64,000 nucleotides of DNA from the human T2T-CHM13v2.0 reference genome, Homo sapiens: assembly GCF_009914755.1 (NCBI RefSeq), contig NC_060935.1; one strand, 5' to 3'. The notes beneath the pieces are model-generated. The model did no database searches, was not told the origin of the DNA, and saw only the letters and a program-made list of their open reading frames with translations. This document shows, piece by piece, positions 1-49,486 of the stretch (position 1 is the first letter of the stretch; each line of letters opens with the position of its first letter). Made by a program: the position numbers and the translations under genes.

Positions 1-65
1 GTGTTAATCTGTTAACCAGTTTTGTTTTGTTTTTTTTCAAAGAATGTCTTTTATTTTTGCATTAG

Positions 66-28284
<28,219 letters not shown>

Positions 28285-28380
28285 GAGGATTCTTTAGAGA
28301 CTCTGTATTGAATTTGTGTGGTATGTCACTCAAAGAATAATAATGGGTATATTGATAAATTTTAAAATTGGTATATTTGA

Positions 28381-28386
28381 AATAAA
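28381..28386 (+). terminator. Polyadenylation signal of FOLH1B
   Basis: AATAAA about 97 nt after the stop, followed by GT/T-rich sequence; a second AATAAA lies at 28465-28470. Confidence 0.7.
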
Positions 28387-30429
28387 GTTGAATATTATAT
28401 ATAGTTATGTGAGTGTTTATATATGTGTGTGTTTATATTGTTTATCTTCTCCCTATGGATTAAAAATAAATTTCATAATTATAAGAGGTTATTCTGAAGT
28501 GGAAACATTTAACTCAGTATTAAATCTAAGGAGAATGGCCTAATATAGTAAAACTCTCATCTGGCATTATCAGCGAATCAAGTCTAATCTATTCATGTCA
28601 CTTCACACAGAAGAAAACATCAGTATGTCAGAGAGCACACTGGGGAATATGCACAAGATTATCCCAAGCCAGAGGCCTCATGGCCTGCCTGGCCACCCTG
28701 GGCTGAGAGGATCACTATCTCAGCACACTATTTGGGAAATGGATCAAATGACACTTTTAGTAAATGTTATCACTCTATAGCATAAGAAATAATTAATTTC
28801 TTTTTATTTATATAAAAGGCTATCGTATAACTTATATGTATAGTAATTAAATGAACATTTGTGAACCTAATAGCCATATGAAGAAAATAACATTTCTAAT
28901 ATCTTTGGATGCCCCATGTACTAATGACAGTTACGCTTTTGCATTTTCTTGAATTTTATGTTTATTTATCTTTCCTCTGTCATTATTTATAATTTTATCA
29001 CACATGGCTGTATCCTTTACATGTTTTGGCATTATGTATTTTTGAATTTTTATAAAGACAATCATACCATGTGTAATTTTCAGGGACTTGATTTTTTTCA
29101 TTGACTTTTAAGGGTTCAAATATATTATCACTGTGGATGTAGTTTGCCATATTTTGCTGATATAGAGCATTCATTCACATGAGGGTAGGATTCAGGGTCC
29201 ATCAAGACAGAGAAAACATACAGTAATGTGAATAGGGAAAGTTAATATAAAGAATTATTAATTGTTACAGCATTGGAACAATGAAATATTGTCTAGTAAT
29301 ATGTAAAGAGAAGTCTCAAGAATATGTGATGAGCAGATATAAGGAATTGCTCGTCTCCATGGTGAATTTGGAGCAGCCAATGAAGAGTCCCCTCACATTG
29401 TGGCCTCGCTCAATGTTAAGAAGTCGCTGTAGTGTTACCCTTGGAGAATCTGCTTCAAATTGACACTTCAGAACTCCCCAGAAACTTGTCTTCTGGGCCA
29501 CTGTGTAAAGCTGTTTATGAAGAAATGTCAAGCCAGAGGGGCTCTACTACAAATTTGGCAAAGGACAGTTTCAGGAGAAGCTCTTGGCCGCTGGGTTCTC
29601 CTGGCCACCATGAACTTCAGGAAGTGGGTGCCATAGCAGCAGCCTGAACTACAGAATCTGGGCACTGGTGTAGCTCTGTATGCCCTCCGTGTCAGATGCT
29701 GGAGATGTCATTTGCATTGCCAGAGTTTGCCAAGGGTGCACACAGAAAGCAGATTGAAAAGCACCTTCTTGAAACATCTCTCCAATGCCTTCTACTCACA
29801 AAGTTTAACATCATTAACACGTGACAAAGAAGATCTATTTAATGGGCCCAGATCTATTTATGTAGACAATCAAGTGGGAGTTTGGAGTGGATAACCCAAA
29901 TTTGGATAACTGGTGAATAATAAAATGTATTTATTCATTTTCTGCTGGTGTATATTTGGAATGTTTTCTATATTTTGCTTCTGTGAACATGTATCCTAAT
30001 GCAAATATTCAAGAGATTCTCCTTCCAGACAGTATCTACCTATAGGTTGAATGTCTGTGTTGTAAAGTTTGTGCATCTTCAATTTTACAATGCCAAGCTG
30101 TTTCAAAGTGATTTTATTTATTTGTATTCCCACTGGCAAAGTAATCATGTTATTCAAGATAAAAAACAAGTACAGAAGATTGTGGCATGTTAAAGAAATA
30201 CAAAGAACTCAGTGTTTCTAGAATCCAAGGGATTTGTGGGAAGAACAATCCATACATTGAGCACGAAATACATCACATAGGGCGTAGAAGACATCCAGAG
30301 GAGTGTAAGTACTTTCCTGTAGTTTATCAAAAACCCGTAATAAGGTTAAGCAGGATAGGGATACGAGCATATTTGCATTTCAGAAAGCATTCTGGCCTAG
30401 ATGGATTAGAAGGGCATCAATAAGGCCTC

Positions 30430-31070
30430 AGAAATTTGTGCAATTGAGATCTCAACCAGAAAACTATGACTCTTCCATAAAGATACAATTCCATGGAGAG
30501 CCCAAGAAGCCCCTCATGAATGGATTCCAAAAGTATCATCAAGATTCATGATTGAGTAGGAAGCTGCAACAGGTGCCATTGAGTAAGACCATGACAGAGA
30601 TTGGCAGATACCATCAGTATATTCTGCAGAGCCTTAAGGAACATAAGAGCCAGGCTGAGGAGTTGCTGAAATACTGCAAGATAGACCTGAATCTCTGGCT
30701 CAATTGTCTGTCTCAAAAAAATTATGCTGCATAGACAGTCAACTTCTAATTAGCACAAGAACACGAGCATCACAGGAGGCCCAAACACCAGGTTTGATAG
30801 AAAGATCTGCCATCCCATCAGAATGGAGTCTGAAAGAAGAATTTGAAGAGGAGCAGAGGCTGCTGGCTCCAGGAACAAATTCATTAGAAACCATTTGGGT
30901 CAAGTATAATTACTCATAGGGATTAGGAAAACAAGAAGGAAGATGGAAAGAGGATGAAAGTAGTAACTACTCCGACTCTAGCAGTGGGAGTGAAGATGAA
31001 GATGGCTAGTCTGAGGGCAGCAGCTCTAGCTCAGCTTCCTCAGGGTACTTCTGACTCAGGCTCAACCTGA
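30430..31070 (+). pseudogene. UBTF-like (UBTFL family) processed pseudogene: HMG box plus acidic/Ser tail. From recalled locus order probably UBTFL10; number not verified.
   Basis: Translation [43 protein letters not shown]...KSQAEELLKYCKIDLNLWLNCLSQKNYAA* aligns with the UBTF/UBTFL1 HMG box ([23 protein letters not shown]...). APGTNSLETIWV matches UBTFL1 and DEDG*SEGSSSSSASSG matches the UBTF C-terminus. Intronless with in-frame stops; AATAAA at 31801. Confidence 0.88.
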
Positions 31071-32534
31071 GCCTGGTTAATACCCTAAAAGGTTGGACAG
31101 TCCTTCCAAGCCAAAAGTCCATCTGTGTTATCTATGTCAAAGGGAGGGGACCCTCCTCCTGCTCCTTTTTACTTCCTTGACTTTTCCCTTCCCTCCTTTC
31201 TCCCCCTCCTCCTCTGTACAAAGTGGGACAGGTTATAAACAAGGAACTTGATGCAGTGCACTACTCTCTATATTAGGTTCATAAACCCAGGAAGTGGGGA
31301 CCAACCATAGAGAACAAATATTAGTATTAGCCAGTATTGCCTCCCCACCCATATACACAACTAGCCAGAGAGAGAGAGTTCATGGAATTGAGGTTTTTGG
31401 AATAAACAATGAGATGATTGGGCTATGGGGTATTAGACTGAGTATTCCAGAAGTAACAAGTTTTTCTTTCCTTATTTTCTGCCAGCAAGAGGTGGTAGGG
31501 GGACACTGAGTCTGTAATCTCCACCTTCTTTGTGAAGTGTCCCTCAGGACTCCTGTGCTGAATGTAGAGTGAAGAGTAGCTGGTGGGAGTTAGGGCAGGT
31601 GCCTTAAGAACGTTGCCAGACTCCTGCCATCACTCTCCCCACTCCCTGAAGTAAGGACTTGGCCATTCCCATGCTTGAGTGTGGGCAGAATGATGTAGGG
31701 GGCAATATTTTTACATGTATATCTGATTCAGCTCCCAAAGAGACTTCTTACTGATTTCAAAAACATGAAATTAAACATGGAAATTTATCTATTTCACTTG
31801 AATAAACTTCTCCATAGAATCAATGTTTTGTGACTGGGCAGGGCACTGCTTCTCCAAGTGGTGTCTGTTGTATTTATTCTGCTGGGTGGAAGCTCCAGAT
31901 TCTTCCTGCTGCCTCAGGTGCAAGTCCATCTCACTTTTATCATTCAGGAGATACAGAAATATACATGGATACCTAGAAAGATACAGGAGTAGATATGCAC
32001 ACTATACTGTTCTCCTGGTCCACCTGTGAATTCACCAGTACCACATAGCTTTAATTATTTTGGTTTACTGCTATCTTTTAAAGTCAGTTGAAGGCTACTG
32101 CCCTCTCATACTTTCCTCTGTTTTCATGTTCTCATTAACGTTTGCATCATAGAAGAAGTGGCATCCATTTTATATCCATTGATTTTAGTGTTTTTGTTCC
32201 TAGATTTCTTAGCAAATTATAAGTGATGTTCTAGGTAAACTGTACCAGAAAATAATGGCAATATTTATATTTTTAATACTTCAAATCCCTTTTTATTTAT
32301 GTGTTCTTTTAGAAAATACAGAGCAATATTAAATAATAGCAGTTATATGTTTTTGTATTGCTTCTAATTTTTAAGCTAATTGTTACACCACTTACAACTG
32401 TAACAATTATGCTAATATTTGAAATCATAACATATTAATAAAATGCCGATTTGGATTAATCAGTTTTATTCCGTAATGTGTATTCATTTTTGTCAAATCT
32501 CTTTTATTATGTATCAATGTAAATTTTCCTTAAG

Positions 32535-32890
32535 GTATTTGTCAAAATTCTCCAGAGAAACAGCAGCAATAGGGGACTGTGTGTGTGTGTGTGTGTGTGT
32601 GAATGAGCATGTGTGTGTGTGAGCATGTGTATGTGTGAGAGAGAATGTGATTTTATAATGAGAAATTGGCTCTACAATCCTATCATCTCTAAACAAGAAG
32701 CTCTGGAAAAAGCTAATGGTGTAATTTAGTCTGAATCTGAAGGCCTGAAATCCAGGGCAGCTAATAATGTAAATCCTAGTGCAATGGCAAGAGATGGTAT
32801 GACACGTCTTAGCTTACCAGTAAGGCAGGGAAAAATAAAAAGGTTGAATTCCTCTTTCCTCTGCCTTTTGCTCTATTGGATTCTTTCATG
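32535..32890 (-). mobile_element. MLT2-like (ERVL/MaLR) LTR remnant with an internal (GT)n
   Basis: ttctccagagaaacagcagcaatagg, gagaaattggctc, ctgaatctgaaggcctga motifs. Confidence 0.6.
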
Positions 32891-33213
32891 GGAGAACGGG
32901 AGACAAATGAAGACAGATAGAAGAAAGTTCTCTTGGCAGCAAATTATTTCATGTGCTCAGTAATGGTACTTAATACACAAAAAGTAAGGAAACTGGACAA
33001 TTTGCACATATTTTGGAGGTAAAAGCAAGATAATTTCCTGAAATGGAAAGTAAAAGTACAAGAGAAATCCAGATCATTCCTAGTTATTTTGACATTTAGA
33101 AAAAGGTAAGCAGGTTTTGTCAGGGAAGTTGGGAGTTCTAATTTTTGAAATGCCCATTACCTATCCCAGTGCATATAAGAATCTGGAGCCCAAATATTAG
33201 TTTACTACTCCAT

Positions 33214-33587
<374 letters not shown>

Positions 33588-34777
33588 TTAAAGATCCTAA
33601 TTGGCTTTATCTGTGATTCCAGAAGTTGGCAACACTGTATTTCATAAAATAGAGTAAGTATTCTTATAAGCTGAGAAAAGCTTGGTTTTATATACAGAGC
33701 TGAAGAAAGCAAAAACAATGAACGGAAAACTGGCTGATCATCTCAAAGTTAAAGTTATGTTCCTTGTAAGGCAGGGACAGGGAGAAAGAGTACAGAAAAA
33801 TAACTGATTGGTTAATATCAGAATACTTCAGGTTACTTTTTGGGGTAAACATTAAAACAGAGAGAACCCCAATATCATGCCGACTGAAACTACCCTATTT
33901 GGGAATTTACATAATCTCTATCTTCTGATTTCTATTAATAGGACAGTCAGAAATCAACCCAACAACCAACACTTAGTTTTGGTTTGGTGATGTAGAACTT
34001 CAGTATGGGAAACTTCATTTTGGTTTTTAGCCTGCTCTGTTGGGGCCTAGCACAGGAGCTTGGTCCAAAACAAGGGCCCCTATAATTTTTACTGAACAGT
34101 TTAGAATCTAGAACAATGCCTTGCACTCACATTTAGTGAGTAAATATTGAATAGATGAATACATCAGTGAAGCATAACTTTGGGTAACATTATCAGATAT
34201 TAATTAAAGCATCACACCATATGACACTAATTTTGAGCATAATCAAGGAGGGAAAGGTAGCAAAACTGAGCACTTGGACAGTCTAATAGTTGGATATGAA
34301 ACAGAGAAGAAGGAGACTTCCAAAAAGTCTGCTAAAGGGTGTTCTCTGAGGTAGGCTGGAAGTCAGATGAATATAAATTTTGTCTGAGAATCTAATAAAA
34401 ATGAGTGTTTTCAGAATATGAAGTTATAAGAATAAAATGAAATCAAGAAGAAATAAGTAACCAATAGTATTATTGAAAAGAGAGTGATTAAAAGGAGGTT
34501 AGAGATAGGGTATTGTACGTAACAACGTTGAAGTGGATGGTGACTTAAACAATTAAATGGAGTAGACATGATGGAAGGCTGTAGAGTTGGTTGTAGAAGG
34601 AAAGGTAAGAAAATGTAAGGGTCAATTTAGAAATATTTTATCAAAGGGGCTATTTCATGAAATGTTTTCAGTAAAAGTGAATTTTTAACGGCTGCTCGTT
34701 TTAAATAATATAATCCACAGACATTTATAAGAGTCTATTTAAAGTTCCAGGCACTGATTCAGACATACATAAATTGA

Positions 34778-34910
34778 TCACTATCTGTGTGATGGAATCA
34801 TTCGTACCCCAAACCTCAGCATCACACAATATACCCATGTAAAGAACGTGCACATTTACTCCCTGAATCTGAAATAAAAGTTGAAATTATAAAATATAAA
34901 AGTTAAAAAA
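34778..34910 (+). mobile_element. L1PB-like 3' tip
   Basis: cattcgtaccccaaacctcagcatcacacaatatacccatgtaa...ccctgaatctgaaataaaagttg. Confidence 0.7.
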
Positions 34911-35031
34911 AGAACAAATCATAGATACATAAAATCATGATGAATCTCAAAAACATATTAAATGACACAAAGGATTATATATTGAATGATTACATGTGTA
35001 ATATTTATTAAAAGTCAAAACGCTATAGACA

Positions 35032-35344
35032 GGTCAGGTGGGGTGCCTCACACCTGTAATCCCAGCAGTTTGGGAGGCCAAGGCAAGAGGATCACTTAAG
35101 CCCAAGAGTGTGAGACCAGCTTGGGAAACAGAGTGCCTGTCTCTACAAGAAATTAAAAACTAGCTGGGTGTGGTGGTGTTTGCTTGAAGTACAAACTATG
35201 CAGAAAGATGAGGGAAAACTGCTTGCGCCCAGGAGGTTGAGGCTACAGTGAGCTGTGATAGTGCCACTGCATGCCAGCATGGGCAACAAAGCAAGACTCT
35301 TCTTTAGAAAGCAACAACAAAAATAGCAACAACAAAAACAAAAA
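35032..35344 (+). mobile_element. AluJ
   Basis: Diverged dimer with (CAA)-rich tail. Confidence 0.88.
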
Positions 35345-35423
35345 TCTTACAGACAAGAAACAGAGCAGCAGTTCCTTGAAGACAGGGATGTGAGTAGAGA
35401 TTGACTATAAAAGGGGAGAAGAG

Positions 35424-35803
35424 TGCCACAATAAACATATGTGTGCACCATTGAATACTATGCAGCCATAAAAAAGGATGAGTTCATGTCCTTTGTAGGG
35501 ACATGGATGAAGCTGGAAACCATCATTCTGAGCAAACTATCGCAAGGACAGAAAACCAAACACTACATGTTCTCACTCATAGGTGGGAAGTGAACAATGA
35601 GAACACTTGGTCACAGGGTGGGGAGCATCACACACCAGGGCCTGTCCTGGGGTAGGGGGAGTGGGGAGGGATAGCATTAGGAGATATACCTAATGTAAAT
35701 GACGAGTTAACGGGTGCAGCACACCAACATGGCACATGTATACATATGTAACAAACCTGCATGTTGTGCACATGTACCCTAGAACTTAAGTATAAAAAAA
35801 AAA
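35424..35803 (+). mobile_element. L1PA 3' end with a short 5' inversion
   Basis: Antisense tgccacaataaacatatgtgtgca (~35424-35447), then sense L1 3'UTR to the A-tail; TSD GGGGAGAAGAG at 35413-35423 and 35808-35818. Confidence 0.88.
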
Positions 35804-36069
35804 GCAGGGGGAGAAGAGATGTTTTTGAAAGAATTAAAGTGTTCTAAAAGTGGATATGGTGATCATGCATAAAATGAATTTAACAGCAATTTATTAACGT
35901 CTTTAAACTCTATACATTAAGTAAATTTTATGGTATGTAAATTATACCTCAGTTAAGCTGATGAAATTAAGAGTCTCCACAAGCTTTTGTTGATGTGGGT
36001 TTTTTAATGTCAAGATATGCTGTATTAGAAATTAAAGCTGAAAAACAAATATCTATTTATTAATAATTT

Positions 36070-36410
36070 AACAATTATAAAACAATAACTGGTAATGTAA
36101 TATTTCTATAAAAATAAGTATACTTTCCAAAACCATAAAAATAAATAAAAGAGTGGCTTTGATTACATATTTACAAATCACTTTAATGTCTGGCTTAGTA
36201 GAAGTCATCTGGATTCTCACATCTGCTTCTCTATTCAATCTTTTGTGATATTTCATGTCATGTAGCCCCTGGGAAAATCTCCTGTATACTCATGGGATAA
36301 TAAAATTTCAAAGGGCAATTAATGTCTAAATAGTATTATTATTATAAAAATAGTTTTGACTTTATGAACCCTAAAAATAATCACAGCCACACATTGTGAA
36401 CCTCTGTAGT
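36070..36410. mobile_element. Charlie1-like hAT DNA transposon remnant
   Basis: caaatcactttaatgtctggcttagtagaagtcatctggattctcacatctgcttct motif. Confidence 0.55.
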
Positions 36411-36742
36411 AAGGGCCCATTTCCTGATCACCTACTGGTTGTAAGGTTGGGGTAAGGAAAGGAACTGTCTAAAACTAGGGCTGCCTGGGACCCTGCACAT
36501 TGGGTCTATATCTTGTTCCTTGAGCTCCTAGACCCTGAAAAGCAAGAGTCCTGCACAGTAGCCTTCCCACGGTGCTGTGGTTGTATGGGCAAAAGGGGAT
36601 GCATTTCCTACCATTCTTAAGAAGCTACAGTGGCAGGTTTACATCCTGGACTTCTATTTTCGTGCTTTCCAAATAGATTTTTTTAAATTGTCCATCCTTG
36701 TACAACATAAACATATCATCTTTTATGAACATTGGGCTAAAT

Positions 36743-36910
36743 CAGAGGTTCACAAAGTATGGTTCAGGGACCAGCAGCAATCTCTTATAAGTTGCCTAAC
36801 ACTCAAAGTCTCTGGCCCCACCCCAGACCTACTGAATGAAGAGTAGCCATGGGTAATCCCCAGCAATCTGTGGCCTCAGAAGCTTTTCAGGTGATACTGA
36901 TGCACCAGCT
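36743..36910. mobile_element. MER5A-like hAT element
   Basis: cagaggttcacaaagtatggttcagggaccagcagca...ccccaccccagacctactgaat...caggtgatactgatgcac. Confidence 0.7.
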
Positions 36911-37878
36911 AGGCTAACTCATTAGCCTCGCTGTTAATCTGAGAACGATCCCTTCTCAGAGAGCAAACAAAGCACAGCTGGTAATGAAGACTTTAGCCCT
37001 CTCCCGTCTCCTCCTCTTCCTGGATCTGGACAGTGCGGGCAGCTACAAAGCATCAGTTCTGTGTGGTGGGGCAGGCAGGATAAGACAAAGTAGGTTCCTT
37101 GAGGAGAAGCACCAACTGTAAGGTGAGAAAAGTGAGCTTCATGAACTAGGCTACCTGACTTCTGGTTACTGTTTGCTTTTCTTTCTCCGTAGTTTTTACG
37201 GAGCCTTTAATAAAGCCTTTAACCAAAGGTCCAGTCGCATCTCTTTCCTATGTTTCAGAATAAATTGAAGCTGAGTTCAGCAAGCATATTAATGTGGAAA
37301 AGCCCCATTTGTGGCCACCTTGATGGTGGCAGTGGTTATCCAGAAATCTTTTGAAGGAATAGAACTGGAATGAGAACCACTCTCTGCACCTGGAGACCCC
37401 CCTCCTGAGTGCCTTAACAGGTTCTGGACTTTTTATGTTAAAAAGTTTTGTTACTGTTAATTCAAAAGCCTATGGTTACTATACAGATACCTGTCTACTT
37501 TTATTCTCCCAATTCAACTGTGCACATGTATTTTTGCTACTTGTAAAAAACTTTCAAAATGAAAAATAACATAAAAATAAATTACATTAAATTATTTTAA
37601 TACATGATACATAACTAGTCTTTGTCACTATTATGTTAATATTCGTTAACATAGTTGGTATAAATTATTTTAAATGTTGTGTTTCAGTGGGAGAAACATT
37701 AAGAAAATTAAACAAAATATCATCAGATTCACTGCAGAGGGTGCTTTTATGTGTATTGAGAAAGGCAGAGACTGGAAGAAAGAGATCTGGTGTGAAATCA
37801 CTTTCAGTTTAATATAGTGCTTGGGGAAAATGCATGGTGAGCAAAGCTTCTAGGAATTAAAAGATGTTTTAAAATGTA

Positions 37879-38330
37879 TTTTTTCTTCTTCAGCGTTTAA
37901 GTTCAGGAGTACATGTGCAGGATGTGCAGGTTTGTTACATAGGTAAACGTGTGCCATGGTGGTTTGCTGCACAGATCATCCCATCACCGAGGCATTAAGC
38001 CCAGCATTTATTAGCTATTCTTCCTGATGCTTTCCCTCCTTCCAACCCCTACCCTTGACAGACCCCAGTGTGTGTTGTCCCCCACCATGTATTCATGTGT
38101 TTTCATCACTCAGCTTCCACTTATAAGTGAGAACATGTGGTGTTTGGTCTTCTGTATCCTGCAGTTTGCTGAGGATAATGGCTTTCAACTCCACCCATGT
38201 CCCTGTGAAGGACATTGTCTCGTTCCTTTTCATGGCTGCATAGTATTCCATGGTGTATATGTACCACATTTTCTTGACCTGGTCTATCATTGATGGATAT
38301 TTCAGTTGATTTCATGTGTTTGCTGCCATT
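37879..38330 (-). mobile_element. L1PA 3' end fragment, antisense
   Basis: ttaagttcaggagtacatgtgcaggatgtgcaggtttgttacatagg...catggctgcatagtattccatggtgtatatgtaccacatttt. Confidence 0.9.
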
Positions 38331-39983
38331 TTTCTCTTCCGGCCAGTACCACAAGAAGGGAAAATTTCTCTTGATTCTTCCTGGTTTTCCCTGTGAGAGC
38401 CTCTTGGCATTTCTGTTGGAAAAGTCTCCCTTTGGGTGAGGATTCTTCTATGTCTGTGACCCTAAGGGTCTTTGCACACTCACTCTAGCCCAGCTTTGAT
38501 TTTTAGCAGTAAATTAAAATCATTTGGTTTATTTTCTGTTTTTATGGCCTTTGGTAGAATCTGCCCCAGATAAACATATGCATGGGTCCTGTTTTTCTCA
38601 GTGCTGTACCTGTCTCTATCCAGAACTGATTGAGTTGTCTTGTTACCTCTGTTCTCTAATGGTTTACAAAGCAAACAAACAAACTAAACCTCATTAATCT
38701 TTAGTTTCTCTCGGACTTTTTTTCTTGCAGGGAGGTGGCAATAGTATTTTCAACCTTCTCCATTTCTGAGCTGCAACCATAAGACTCTACTAGGTTTTAT
38801 GATATCCCTGAACGTTCTAAAAATGTCCTAATCGGCTGTTACTTTTTTCAAACCAGGTACAAATCAATGATACTATAATTACATCATAGTTAGATTTTTT
38901 ATTTCTTTTAGTTATCTTTGCTATATAGCTGTTTCCAGACATTTTCTCCTTAGAAATTAAAATTATTTTAATAGGCCAGTTTTATTTTTTGCATAGTGTT
39001 TTTCAAATGCATTTATCTAATTTCCTCCCATGGTTACATGCAGGTAAAATGTTTTTGGCAAAAATACTACAGAGGTGTTTTGTGTCCTTAGTCATCTACC
39101 TCTGTTTGTATACATTAAATTATACACTTTCACTTATCTATTATGCCTCAATAACACTGTGGATAGAGCTGACATGTGGGGTAGAACTTTGATGATATGT
39201 AAATAGGCTCTTTCACAAAATCTATGACTTAGTTATTTTATTATCCATTAATGATTCTTGCCTGATTCAGTTATTTTTATGGCATCAGTAAAATGATGAT
39301 TGTCCACCATTCCTTCTATTGCATTAGTTGGCCTCTCCAGAATTACGTAGTGTTCTATTGTATTATTAAGGATGCAGTTTCTTTCCACTTTTCTGTTTTC
39401 CTTAGAGTATTGGCTTTGGTCTTAGATTAGTTCACTATGAGTCCACAAAGTGGTTACACAAACAAATATTGCATCCAAATAATGTCCAGAGGCAGAAAAA
39501 GCAATTGTTTCTTCTATGTGTCTCTTCTGTAGCAAGAACACCTTTTACAGAATTCTTCTACGAGTCTACTTTCTTGTTCTCTTGGCCAGAATTGGAGTAC
39601 GTGTCTTATGATGACCAATAAGAGAGAGAGAAAAAAAGGGGGAAATCTTGATAGCTTTGGACAAAATAATGATCCACTGCCTGTGGCTACAGATGAGCCC
39701 AGGACTTGTAATTTTTATGTTTTTGTAGGAGAGATAACAGATATGAAAAATATTGGATTTCTATTAGGGAACTGGAAAATAGTGCTATAGGCCAAGGTTG
39801 TCAAGAAAGAGGACATGTGATCAATCTGTTGCACTGTTTGTGTCTCTCCATCCTATTTTAGTCTTTCAGAAAACATGGCCTGTCATGCTACAATGCATAC
39901 ACAAATTAGTAAAAAAAGGTCTTAAGCTCATTTCATATGCCATGGGGGAAAGAATGACACTTTCCTTTTATTTCCTCAGAAAC

Positions 39984-47554
<7,571 letters not shown>

Positions 47555-48324
47555 TCAGGGACAGGTCACAAACCTGACCAAGGCCTTGGGAATTCTAATA
47601 GCAGAGGAGGCTCCTATTCTGGTTACTTTCTTAATGGGGAAAATCAGTCATATCTCATTACCTTTTACTTCATTTTACCTCCTGGATATATATTTATCGT
47701 ATCATTTTTTAAAGTGTTGATAATGAACATTTGTCATTTCTATTTTATTTGAATAGATGTAACGTCTCTTATTATATTGTATAGGATGCATGTTCTTTTA
47801 ACTTGTTATCAAAGCGTACTAGAGGTGAAAGAATACATGAGCATGAAAACCCAGCTAACTGAGTCAAATTAAAGCACAGACAAGTTGCCTTCCAGATAGC
47901 CCTTATTTAAAACTCAGTGTCAGCCTAAAATTCTCTATTCCCTGCCTTCATCTGGATAAACCTTTCCCTTCACCAGTTCCCACCTTTCTGAACTAGACGA
48001 GGTCTCAGATGTCAAGAATGGCTCATACATTTCCTCTATAAAACTCCTAACAGAACTTGGGTCTTTTTTTCAAGTTTGTAAATTACAAAAAGGGAATGCC
48101 AGTGATAGTTCTTCTCATTCATTATAGGAATAAGAAACAGTCTGATGATATGAGAGATATTCAAGAAATATGTAAATAATTAAATGAATAAACATGTAAA
48201 AATTATTAAAATCAAAAGCTATAGACCCAACAAAAATATGCTACAGTATAGCCATAATTAGCAAGACAGAACAGGCTGAGAAATATCATTACATAAAGGA
48301 TACATAGATATGGTACCATGGTAC

Positions 48325-48705
48325 TTAAGCCTTCTTGTTCAATTGAAACTTTATCATTTTGTAATGCTCTTCTTAATTGTTTTTGGTTTAAAGTCTTTTT
48401 TATCTTATGTAAGAATAGATGCTCCTGCATTTTTTTGTTTTTATTTGCATGGTAGATCTTTCTCCATCCTTTACTTTGAGCCTGTGGATGTCATTATATG
48501 TGAGATGGATCTCTCAAGACCAAATACACTTGGGTCTTGTCTTCTTATTCGGTTTGCCACTCTGTGCCTTTTAATTGTGGAATTTAGATCATTTACATTT
48601 AGGATTTGTATTGATATGTGAGATTTTGATCCTGTCATCATGCTGTCAGCTGGTTGTTTTGTAGAGTTGATTGTATAGTTGCTTTATAGTGTCTGTTAGC
48701 TATAT
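48325..48705 (-). mobile_element. Internal L1 fragment (ORF1/ORF2 junction to endonuclease), antisense
   Basis: tttgatcctgtcatcatgctg is the reverse complement of the ORF2 start; ctttctccatcctttactttgagcctgtgg. Confidence 0.8.
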
Positions 48706-49176
48706 GGTTTACTCAATATTTTGGTCTCTTTCAGCAGGAATGGAGCTTTCCGGTTGCATCTGTTTGGCCATCTTCCATTCTTTTTTAGCTGAGTGGTTTT
48801 TCATACCTTGTATACACCACGTTTTATTTATCCAAACACCAGATGATGTGTATCTTAATTGTTCCCAATTTTAGCAACTGTGATTTATATTTCTGTTCAA
48901 ATTAACCCACATATCTTTCATTTATTGTGGGTAGTTACTTGGGGTGAAAGTACTGAATTATTTAGTGGATTTTAATCATTTAAGAACCTGTCAAAATACT
49001 TCTTTAAAAAGTGACTGTACCATTTTACATTGCCACCAGCATCTTGGTAAGAGTTCTAATTCCTCTACATCCTCACTGACATTTAGTATTTTCAACCTTT
49101 ATTACATAAGCTTTTCTATTTTTTAGTGTATAGTAATAGCTTATTGTGGGTTAATTTGCTTATATATTACTAGTGA

Positions 49177-49486
<310 letters not shown>

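Noticed and set aside
29175-29830. Possible ERVL/LTR33-like LTR (also a possible LTR at 33560-34100)
   Set aside because: Resemblance too weak to name or bound without RepeatMasker.
30150-30310. Degenerate TRIM B-box exon ending in gtaagt
   Set aside because: Cys/His spacing does not fit a B-box, and weak UBTF-like echoes explain it at least as well; left unresolved.
39798-39983. 62-aa N-terminal extension of TRIM77 in the 204-aa ORF
   Set aside because: It starts at a non-ATG codon and runs through a polypyrimidine tract and acceptor. Family structure (411-bp first coding exon) puts the start at 39984.
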